Made by a program: the position numbers and the translations under genes. A model generated the notes under the pieces. The model saw only the letters and a program-made list of their open reading frames with translations. It did not search any database and was not told the DNA's origin. Of a stretch of DNA of 25,780 nucleotides, positions 1-6,901 are shown piece by piece (the stretch's first letter is position 1; each line of letters starts with the position of its first letter). Origin of the DNA: an uncultured Pseudomonadales bacterium (GTDB taxonomy: Bacteria; Patescibacteriota; Microgenomatia; UBA1400; CAYNBK01); the NCBI GenBank assembly GCA_964395485.1, contig CAYNBK010000001.1, forward strand, positions 1 through 25,780. The letters run 5' to 3'.

Positions 1-1
1 T

Positions 2-634
2 GTATTCTCAGCAGATAAAGTATTATTGAGCATAAATAGCTCTACAATTTACACAAAAATAGGAAACATTCAAAAAAGATACGAATTTCTGCCTGGTCTT
101 TATAATGTATACAATTTTTTATCAATTTTTACATTCCTTTCCAGCCAGAATTTATTAAAAGCCTCCCTTTTTTTGCACTGCAAAAGCTTCCAGCCTGCTT
201 TTGGCCGCGGAGAAAGCATCAATATCAACTCAAAACATATAAAAATTTTTCTTATTAAAAACCCGACAGGCTTTAACCAGGTAATCAAACAGCTCGTCTT
301 AAATCAGCAAAAACTGAATATTTTAATCGCAATAAATGATAATCTGGCTGACGGGAGGGATATTTCCTGGCTTTGGGATGTAAATTTTAAAAAACTGCTG
401 GACAAAACCAGTGCCCTTTTTATCAGCGGCAGCAGGGCAAGTGATATGGCCCTAAGGGCAAAATACAGCGGTTTTAAAAAACCAATTGTTGAAGCTAGGC
501 TAATAAACGCTTTTTCCCGTTTTTTTCAATTAAGAAGAAAGAATTTGTATATACTACCGACATATACCGCCTTGCTTGCTTTAAAAAAATATTTGACCAA
601 AGCGGGTCTTTCCGTTAATGTCTGGGAGGAATGA
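2..634 (+). CDS. murT: Lipid II isoglutaminyl synthase subunit MurT (Mur ligase family, DUF1727 C-terminal domain), 5'-partial
   Basis: Frame is open from the window edge. Motif NDNLADGRDISWLWDV matches the MurT C-terminal signature, followed by SGSRASDMALR. Overlaps gatD. Confidence 0.9.
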   Translation, partial: VFSADKVLLSINSSTIYTKIGNIQKRYEFLPGLYNVYNFLSIFTFLSSQNLLKASLFLHCKSFQPAFGRGESININSKHIKIFLIKNPTGFNQVIKQLVLNQQKLNILIAINDNLADGRDISWLWDVNFKKLLDKTSALFISGSRASDMALRAKYSGFKKPIVEARLINAFSRFFQLRRKNLYILPTYTALLALKKYLTKAGLSVNVWEE

Positions 635-1448
635 ACAAATGTTAAAAATCGCCTGGCTTTATTACGATATCTTGAATATTTATGGGGACAGAGGAAATAT
701 TTTGGCCTTTTCCTACCGCTGTCGGCAGAGAAATTTAAAAGTAAAAATAGAGCGGGTTAGCCTGGGCCAAGAGTTGAAGGCAAACTATTTTGATTTTATT
801 TTTGCCGGTGGAGGCCAGGACCAACAGCAAGTGGAAGCCGGCAAAGACTTGCAAAACAAAAAAAAGATACTGCTTGATTATGCCGAAAAAAATACACCCA
901 TGCTTTTGATCTGCGGTAGTTATCAGCTTTTCGGGCACTATTTTTTAATCGCCGATGGTAAAAAAATAACGGGAATTTCTTTGTTTGACACTTATACCAT
1001 TGCCAGCAAGAAAAGGCAGATAGGCAATGTAGTGGTAAAAATTAACCCAGACTTTGCTCACTTAAACTCTAGCACTCTTAATGTCTCAAACTCTAAATTT
1101 CTGGTGGGATTTGAAAATCATTCAGGGCGTACATACATCAATTCCCAATTCCCAAAAACAAAATCCAAAACTCAAAATTCAAATTTTACTATTCCTTTGG
1201 GGAAGGTGATCATGGGCTCAGGGAATAACGGCAAGGATAAGACCGAAGGGGCAGTGTATAGAAACTGTGTCGGCACTTACCTGCATGGCTCGCTCCTGCC
1301 AAAAAATCCGCATCTTTGCGACTGGTTTATCAAAAAAGCGCTGGCAAGACAAATGGCAAGACAAAAAAGTAAAGGCTTTTATTTGAAAAAACTAAACGAT
1401 GGACTGGAGTGGCAAACCCACAATTTTTGTAAAAAACTAAAGTATTGA
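618..1448 (+). CDS. gatD: CobQ-type glutamine amidotransferase GatD
   Basis: LNIYGDRGN, FAGGGQD, catalytic ICGSYQLFG, GFENHSG, GTYLHGSLLPKNP. Adjacent to murT. Carries two low-complexity inserts. Confidence 0.92.
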   Translation: MSGRNEQMLKIAWLYYDILNIYGDRGNILAFSYRCRQRNLKVKIERVSLGQELKANYFDFIFAGGGQDQQQVEAGKDLQNKKKILLDYAEKNTPMLLICGSYQLFGHYFLIADGKKITGISLFDTYTIASKKRQIGNVVVKINPDFAHLNSSTLNVSNSKFLVGFENHSGRTYINSQFPKTKSKTQNSNFTIPLGKVIMGSGNNGKDKTEGAVYRNCVGTYLHGSLLPKNPHLCDWFIKKALARQMARQKSKGFYLKKLNDGLEWQTHNFCKKLKY

Positions 1449-1518
1449 GATATAATAGCAACATAAGAACAAATAAAGTTTTAGATAATTGACAAAAACA
1501 GTTTAATTCTTCCTTCTT

Positions 1519-1542
1519 TAACTCTAAAAATCTAAAACTCTA
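1519..1542. repeat. Three octamers (TAACTCTA AAAATCTA AAACTCTA), reverse orientation of the TAGAGTTT family
   Basis: 8-nt periodicity read directly, ending 5 nt before tRNA-Leu. Confidence 0.75.
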
Positions 1543-1547
1543 TCCTT

Positions 1548-1629
1548 GCCGAGGTGGCGAAATTGGCAGACGCGCATGGTTTAGGACCATGTGGGGCAAC
1601 CCTTGGAGGTTCGAGTCCTCTCCTCGGCA
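1548..1629 (+). tRNA. tRNA-Leu(TAG), CCA not encoded
   Basis: Acceptor GCCGAGG/CCTCGGC-A, anticodon arm CATGG-TT TAG GA-CCATG, long variable arm, GGTTCGAGTCC T-arm. Confidence 0.97.
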
Positions 1630-1658
1630 CTTTTAATGTTTAATAAACTTTTTTTATT

Positions 1659-1667
1659 TGTTAAAAT
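1659..1667 (+). promoter_or_regulatory. Extended -10 promoter, 6 nt before the ATG at 1674 (probably leaderless)
   Basis: TGtTAAAAT-actaag-ATG with no SD. Confidence 0.6.
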
Positions 1668-1673
1668 ACTAAG

Positions 1674-2738
1674 ATGGATATTGCTAAAACCCTGTCAAAG
1701 CTAAAAAAATTCCGCTGGCTGGGTATAATAATAGCCCTGGCGGTAGCCGGAGGTTTTTTTCTGTCCAAATCAAACGCAGAGAAAAAGGAGAACAGCTACA
1801 AAACCTTTACTGCAGTTAAGGGCAATTTGGAAAACAGTATCAGCGCATCCGGCAAAATCACCGGTGAAGAAAAAGCAACCCTCCGCTTCCAAAGCTCCGG
1901 ACAGCTGGCGTGGGTTGGAGTTAAAGAAGGAGATTTTGTACAAAAATGGCAGGCTCTGGCTAGTCTAGACAAAAATACTTTGGAAAAACAGCTAAGGCAG
2001 GAGCTTATAGACTATGAAAACGAGCGCTATGACATGGACGAAGAAAGAAAGGATAACAATATCAGCTCCAATCAGTTTGACGGTTTTACTATGTCAGACA
2101 ACCTGAAATACGATTTACTCCGCTCGCAAAACACCCTAAACCGTACTATACTTGATGTAGAGCTTTCCAGCCTGGCCATGAAATATGCCACCCTGATAAC
2201 GCCCATTGAAGGCATTATCACCAAAATAGATACTCATTATGCCGGCATCAACATCACTCCGGCCGGATCGGAGTTTGAAGTAGTGAATCCTGCTTTTCTT
2301 ATTTTTGAGGCTTATATAGACGAAACCGATATTGCCAAAATAAACACAGGGAATACTGTCAGTATTTTGCTCGATGCTTTTCCGGACAAAAAACTAAGCG
2401 GGACCATTTCATTTATCGGCTTTACATCTACCAATACATCCGGCGGCGGTACTGCTTTTCCGATTAAAATAATACCCTCTGATACCGAAGGCCTGCGCAT
2501 TGGCATGAATGGAGATATAGATATAGTTACCAGCAGTAAAAAGCAGGTGCTCATTGTCCCCATTGAGGCAGTCAGGGAAAAAGACCAGGCTAAATATGTA
2601 TGGCAAAAACTTGACAGTGACTTTGTCAAAACCGAAGTGGAAACAGGGGAGGAAAATGATGACAGTGTGGAGATATTAAGCGGTCTTGCCCCGGAAGATA
2701 TAGTTTTGCTGTCAGGATTTAGCGATTTGGAAAAATAA
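1674..2738 (+). CDS. Membrane-fusion/periplasmic adaptor subunit (MacA/YknX/HlyD-like)
   Basis: N-terminal TM helix, lipoyl halves (VGVKEGDFVQKWQALASLD ... LITPIEGII), helical hairpin, beta-barrel LRIGMNGDIDI, C-terminal VEILSGL. Confidence 0.88.
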   Translation: MDIAKTLSKLKKFRWLGIIIALAVAGGFFLSKSNAEKKENSYKTFTAVKGNLENSISASGKITGEEKATLRFQSSGQLAWVGVKEGDFVQKWQALASLDKNTLEKQLRQELIDYENERYDMDEERKDNNISSNQFDGFTMSDNLKYDLLRSQNTLNRTILDVELSSLAMKYATLITPIEGIITKIDTHYAGINITPAGSEFEVVNPAFLIFEAYIDETDIAKINTGNTVSILLDAFPDKKLSGTISFIGFTSTNTSGGGTAFPIKIIPSDTEGLRIGMNGDIDIVTSSKKQVLIVPIEAVREKDQAKYVWQKLDSDFVKTEVETGEENDDSVEILSGLAPEDIVLLSGFSDLEK

Positions 2739-3412
2739 TGCCAAAAAAAACGCTTCTCCGCCTGAATAACATTGTTAAAACTTTTCAACTGGATGGCCTG
2801 GAAGTAAAGGCACTGCGCGGTATCAGCCTGGATATTGAAGCAGAAGAAATGACTGCCATTATCGGCCCATCCGGATCAGGAAAGTCTACACTTATGCATA
2901 TCATCGGCTGTTTGGACCGGCCGACCAGCGGAAAAATACTTCTTAACGGCAAAAATATCACCGATATGAGTGAAAACGACTTGGCCGCTGTTCGCAACCG
3001 CCAAATCGGCTTTATCTTCCAGTCATTCAACCTACTGTCGCGTACAAGTGCGCTTGATAATGTGGCTATGCCGCTTATTTACGCCAATGTGGCAGGAAAA
3101 GAGCGGACAAAAAGAGCCAGGGAAAAACTAAACGAAGTAGGGTTGTCTGACCGGATGGACCATCACCCAAACCAGCTTTCCGGCGGACAACAGCAGAGAG
3201 TGGCTATCGCCCGTGCGCTCATCAACGATCCGGCTATTATTTTGGCTGATGAACCCACTGGGAACCTGGACAGTAAATCCGGCCGGGAAATATTGTCCCT
3301 GCTTAAAAATTTAAACAAGGGAGGACATACTGTCATTATTGTCACCCACGATCTGGATATCGCCGGCAAGTGCAATAAAACTATAAAATTAATTGACGGA
3401 AAACTGGCATGA
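2738..3412 (+). CDS. ABC transporter ATP-binding protein (MacB-NBD/LolD/YknY-like)
   Basis: Walker A GPSGSGKST, signature LSGGQQQR, Walker B IILADEPTGNLD, H-loop VTHD. Confidence 0.95.
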   Translation: MPKKTLLRLNNIVKTFQLDGLEVKALRGISLDIEAEEMTAIIGPSGSGKSTLMHIIGCLDRPTSGKILLNGKNITDMSENDLAAVRNRQIGFIFQSFNLLSRTSALDNVAMPLIYANVAGKERTKRAREKLNEVGLSDRMDHHPNQLSGGQQQRVAIARALINDPAIILADEPTGNLDSKSGREILSLLKNLNKGGHTVIIVTHDLDIAGKCNKTIKLIDGKLA

Positions 3413-4611
3413 TAAGCGAGACTTTTAAATTGGCTTTATCGTCGCTCAAAAGCAATAAAATCCGTGCTTTTTTAACTATGCTTGGTATTATCATCGGGGT
3501 TTTGGCGGTAATTTTACTGGTTTCACTCGGCACCGGTCTAAAAAAATACATCACCGATCAGTTTGAAAGTATAGGCACAAATTTGCTATATGTCCTGCCC
3601 GGCCAAATAGGCCAGGAAGGACAGAGCCTTTCCTCCGGTCCACCCAATTTTGCCGGCAGTAAACTAACGCTAAAAGATACACAGGCTATAGCACGCAAAG
3701 GGAAGCCGATTGTCGACGCCACCGCTTTTATCGAACTGCCTGCATCGGTAAAATATAAGTCTGAATCTAAATACATCCGTTTTCATGGGGTTGAAGACAA
3801 TTTTTTTTCCCTGATCAACATAAATATTGAATCCGGCAGACCGTTGTCCAAAAGTGATATCGAAAGCCAAAAAAAAGTAATTGTCTTGGGACAGGAGGTA
3901 AAAGACCGTCTTTTTGGCGAACAAAACCCAATCGATAAAGATGTGTTACTGGCCGATTCCCGCTACCAGGTGATTGGCTTGACTGAGAAAAAAGGTGTGG
4001 GGGGAATCGGCATGAGCTGGGACGACACTGCCTTTATACCAATCACTACTGCCCAAAAACAATTTAACCAGGAAAATGTACAGTCGATCATGATAAAAGT
4101 AGATGATAAAGAAAACATTGATGAAGCAAAAAAAATTATCATCCAGTATTTTGATAAAAAACTTAAAGAAGATGAGTTTTCGGTAGTAGACCAAGCGAGC
4201 CTGCTTAGCACCATAAATTCTATTATTTCTGTTTTGACCCTGGCGCTGGGGGGTATTGCCGCTATTTCGCTTTTGGTTGGCGGGATCGGTATTATGAATA
4301 TTATGCTGGTTTCTGTCACCGAACGGACCAAAGAAATCGGCCTGCGGAAAGCAGTCGGGGCCAAGCCGATTGATATTCTCTGGCAGTTTTTAGTAGAGGC
4401 GATTATTCTTTGTTTGTTTGGCGGCCTTATCGGAATTTTACTCGGATATCTTGGAATGTTTGCCATCAGCAAATTTATTCCGTCCTCTATCCCATTGTGG
4501 TCAGTATTTTTGGCTTTTGGCTTTTCGGCGACTGTCGGTATTATATTTGGCGTGGCGCCGGCGTACAAAGCCAGCAAGCTGGATCCAATAAATGCGCTCA
4601 GACATGAATAA
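3409..4611 (+). CDS. ABC transporter permease (MacB/FtsX family, YknZ-like)
   Basis: FLTMLGIIIGV, large extracytoplasmic domain, GIMNIMLVSVTERTKEIGLRKAVGA, ASKLDPINALRHE. Confidence 0.93.
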   Translation: MISETFKLALSSLKSNKIRAFLTMLGIIIGVLAVILLVSLGTGLKKYITDQFESIGTNLLYVLPGQIGQEGQSLSSGPPNFAGSKLTLKDTQAIARKGKPIVDATAFIELPASVKYKSESKYIRFHGVEDNFFSLININIESGRPLSKSDIESQKKVIVLGQEVKDRLFGEQNPIDKDVLLADSRYQVIGLTEKKGVGGIGMSWDDTAFIPITTAQKQFNQENVQSIMIKVDDKENIDEAKKIIIQYFDKKLKEDEFSVVDQASLLSTINSIISVLTLALGGIAAISLLVGGIGIMNIMLVSVTERTKEIGLRKAVGAKPIDILWQFLVEAIILCLFGGLIGILLGYLGMFAISKFIPSSIPLWSVFLAFGFSATVGIIFGVAPAYKASKLDPINALRHE

Positions 4612-4633
4612 TTAGTAACTAGTAATTGCTAGT

Positions 4634-4738
4634 ATGAAACGGGTAAAAAAATTAGGCTATCGGACATCTAGTATTTTCAGGCGAAATAAAAAACAGCAAG
4701 TCGCTAAAACCCGGGCTAAAGGAGAAAAAAGAAAATAA
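4634..4738 (+). CDS. Putative 34-aa very basic small protein (not in ORF track)
   Basis: MKRVKKLGYRTSSIFRRNKKQQVAKTRAKGEKRK, 15 K/R, fills the permease-tig gap. No SD seen. Confidence 0.35.
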   Translation: MKRVKKLGYRTSSIFRRNKKQQVAKTRAKGEKRK

Positions 4739-4769
4739 ACTATTTTAGTTTTTATTTTTTAATATTTTT

Positions 4770-4778
4770 TGATATACT
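4770..4778 (+). promoter_or_regulatory. Extended -10 promoter, 6 nt before the tig ATG
   Basis: TGaTATACT-tccagc-ATG. Confidence 0.6.
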
Positions 4779-4784
4779 TCCAGC

Positions 4785-5711
4785 ATGAATACAAAAACAA
4801 AAAACGGAAACGATAATAAAAAAGCCGATACTGACAAAAAAGTAAACAGCCAAAAAAATGATTACAAGCTCACCTGGCTTCAGGACAAAACTTTTGAACT
4901 GGAGCTTACTGTCCCAAAAAGTGAAATTTCCAAAGCTTATAAAGAAGTACTGGCAGAATTTGCCAAAAACACCGAACTTCCCGGTTTTCGCAAGGGTATG
5001 GCGCCAGCCAAATTGGTAGAAGACAAGGTAGGGAAAAACAAAATATATAAGCATATTATTGACCATGTTGTCCCACTGCATTACAGCAACGCCGTCAGAC
5101 AATACGGCCTTAAACCGATTGTTAATCCAAAAATAATTGACTTGAAAATGCCAGAAGAGGCAGATTGGCTGATAAAGCTTAGTTCCTGTGAAGCCCCGCA
5201 AATAAAGCTGGCCGACTACAAAAAAGAAGTTGCCGCCATAAATGCCAAAGATAAAATCTGGGTACCGGGCAAAGACGCGACGGAAAAGAATAAACCGGAC
5301 CGCGGCCAAAAACTGACCGCAATAGTCAAAAAACTGCAGGAAAGTATCGAAGTAAAACTGCCGCAGATGCTTTTGGATTCGGAGCGCGACCGCATGCTTT
5401 CCCGCTTGCTAGCGGAAATAAATAAACTTGGGATTACGTTGGACCAATATGTTCAAGCTAACGGTAAAACAGTAGAAAGCCTAAAAAAAGAATATGAAAA
5501 TGTCGCCCGCAGAAACCTGCAAACCGAGTTTATCCTGCAAGAAATAGCCATGACCGAAAAAATTCAAGTTTCAGAGGAAGAAAAAACAGCATACTTGTCC
5601 CAGATAAAAGATGAAGAAAGCAAAAAACAACTATCTACTCCTGAACAGCAAGCATACCTCGGGCTAAGCCTAGTAAGGCAAAAAACTATTGACTTTTTGC
5701 TTTCCATTTGA
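4785..5711 (+). CDS. tig: Trigger factor, short form apparently lacking the PPIase domain
   Basis: Ribosome-binding signature LPGFRKGMAP, C-terminal SurA-like domain (VKLPQMLL...LDQYVQANGKT...ILQEIAMTEKIQVSEEE). Only 308 aa. Confidence 0.9.
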   Translation: MNTKTKNGNDNKKADTDKKVNSQKNDYKLTWLQDKTFELELTVPKSEISKAYKEVLAEFAKNTELPGFRKGMAPAKLVEDKVGKNKIYKHIIDHVVPLHYSNAVRQYGLKPIVNPKIIDLKMPEEADWLIKLSSCEAPQIKLADYKKEVAAINAKDKIWVPGKDATEKNKPDRGQKLTAIVKKLQESIEVKLPQMLLDSERDRMLSRLLAEINKLGITLDQYVQANGKTVESLKKEYENVARRNLQTEFILQEIAMTEKIQVSEEEKTAYLSQIKDEESKKQLSTPEQQAYLGLSLVRQKTIDFLLSI

Positions 5712-5742
5712 TAAAATCCGCCAAATTAGCTGATTTTAATAT

Positions 5743-6426
5743 ATGGACGATATTTTTTCAAAAAACTACCCTCTTACAAACAGCAGCAAGAAAAAAAAGA
5801 CTGCGGTTCAATCTCAAAATTTTATTGAGGCTGTTAGGGATATGGGCGGATCTATCGGCGGTCAGGTAAAAAACCTTGGCTCAGATGTTGCCAGGGGGGC
5901 AATAGATTCACTCTTTGGCAAGGCACCAAGCAATCAAGACAATCAAAACCCAAATAATTATCAAACACCGCAAAACCCCAATCAACCTTTTAATTTTGAG
6001 GAGTATCTTTTTAACCGCGAAAAGCAAATCCGACAACAGGAGCGAAGTTTTGCCTCTCGTATGAGGGAAAATGAAAAAGTATTGTATAATAGGGGAGATG
6101 TAGAGACCAAAAAGCAAATTCGGTGTGTACAGGAAGAGATCGTCAAAATCATCAAAGAAAGCAAAGAATTAGCTACGGAATTGATCGAAGCGGAAAGAAC
6201 CGTCAGCACCACCATTGTTTCTGCTGGCACTTATCATCTAAATTTTTTTGCCAGAGTAAGAAACCTGCTTATTATCGCCAGAAAAAGACTGAGTGAATCT
6301 AAAAGCTGGCTTGAGCTTTTTAACTCCAGACAGCACCGCAAAGGTCTATACTGGAACAGTGTTAAAAAATCCGGCACCAAGTTTATGCTCTCACAAGAGC
6401 GCTATATGGCAACCCAGGCCGGCTAA
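5743..6426 (+). CDS. Hypothetical protein (possibly DUF5660-like, from memory and unverified)
   Basis: 227-aa ORF with an N/Q/P-rich linker, a coiled-coil segment and C-terminal KKSGTKFMLSQERYMATQAG. Confidence 0.6.
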   Translation: MDDIFSKNYPLTNSSKKKKTAVQSQNFIEAVRDMGGSIGGQVKNLGSDVARGAIDSLFGKAPSNQDNQNPNNYQTPQNPNQPFNFEEYLFNREKQIRQQERSFASRMRENEKVLYNRGDVETKKQIRCVQEEIVKIIKESKELATELIEAERTVSTTIVSAGTYHLNFFARVRNLLIIARKRLSESKSWLELFNSRQHRKGLYWNSVKKSGTKFMLSQERYMATQAG

Positions 6427-6482
6427 TAAATTAGCCAGTGCTGAGCAAAGCCGAAGCGCAGTGTAGCCAAGCAACTTTAAAT

Positions 6483-6545
6483 ATGATTAAAAACTTACAA
6501 AAATTATACTTTTACTTTTACGCCTTAGTCAGGAGGGTAAAGTAA
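6483..6545 (+). CDS. Putative attenuator leader peptide MIKNLQKLYFLLYALVRRVK (20 aa)
   Basis: 5 Leu, 2 Tyr and 1 Phe codons. The LLYAL codons overlap segment 1 of the hairpin set. Tandem TAA TAA stop. Confidence 0.7.
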   Translation: MIKNLQKLYFYFYALVRRVK

Positions 6546-6601
6546 TAATGTAGTTTTTTCAAAAATATTATTCCAAACCCCTCCTATTGGAGGGTTTTTT
6601 T
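6514..6601 (+). promoter_or_regulatory. Ribosome-mediated transcription attenuator (1:2, 2:3, 3:4 structures)
   Basis: 1:2 is TACTTTAC 6514-21 / GTAAAGTA 6537-44. 2:3 is AGGAGGG 6531-37 / CCCTCCT 6579-85 plus AATAATG 6544-50 / TATTATT 6566-72. 3:4 is the terminator. Confidence 0.75.
6575..6601 (+). terminator. Intrinsic terminator of the attenuator
   Basis: CCCTCC-TATT-GGAGGG followed by T7. Confidence 0.85.
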
Positions 6602-6626
6602 ATGGTGTTGAAAGGAGGTGATAAAT

Positions 6627-6812
6627 ATGTGTAAAGTCGAAAATCATCCGCGAAAAATAGAAGAAATGCTGGCTGAAGATCAAAATATGAAACCGCCAGA
6701 GCCCATTCTGACAGCAGAAGAAAAAGAAAAGCTCAAACAGAGACCAAGAACTTGTGCGGCTGCAAATTGGGGCCCAATGGGCGGATGGAGTAATTTAAAT
6801 AAAGGGAGGTAA
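6627..6812 (+). CDS. Unknown 61-aa protein
   Basis: Strong SD AAAGGAGGTG at 6611-20, 6 nt before ATG 6627. The track's GTG start at 6618 lies inside the SD. Confidence 0.7.
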   Translation: MCKVENHPRKIEEMLAEDQNMKPPEPILTAEEKEKLKQRPRTCAAANWGPMGGWSNLNKGR

Positions 6813-6814
6813 GT

Positions 6815-6901
6815 ATGTTTATAGACTATATTACACCCTCAAGTATGGAATATTTTCAACTTGAGGGTGTATCTTTTTTAAGATACAATAACTCATTATG
6901 A
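6815..6901 (+). CDS. Putative 28-aa uORF MFIDYITPSSMEYFQLEGVSFLRYNNSL
   Basis: SD GGGAGGT 6804-10. The stop overlaps the aminotransferase start (ATGA). Spans a 13-bp hairpin. Confidence 0.35.
   Translation: MFIDYITPSSMEYFQLEGVSFLRYNNSL
6832..6879 (+). terminator. 13-bp perfect inverted repeat plus T-tract (terminator or operator)
   Basis: TACACCCTCAAGT 6832-44 / ACTTGAGGGTGTA 6859-71, then TCTTTTTT. Confidence 0.7.
6861..6889 (+). promoter_or_regulatory. Sigma70-like promoter of the aminotransferase
   Basis: TTGAGG-17 nt-TACAAT, 8 nt before ATG 6898. The -35 lies in the right arm of the inverted repeat. Confidence 0.5.

Noticed and set aside
4731-4760. Terminator before tig
   Set aside because: The stem is almost purely A-T and indistinguishable from background composition.
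3963-5309. Long minus-strand ORFs (204 aa and 185 aa)
   Set aside because: They are antisense shadows of the permease and tig with no recognisable motifs. The same applies to the other nested ORFs, for example 2312-2788, 13177-13632, 16009-16434, 16543-17010 and 24857-25267.
6438-6459. Small hairpin GTGCT-GAGCAAAGCCGA-AGCGC, a possible repeat remnant or ncRNA
   Set aside because: Only 5 bp, single copy in the window, too weak to call.
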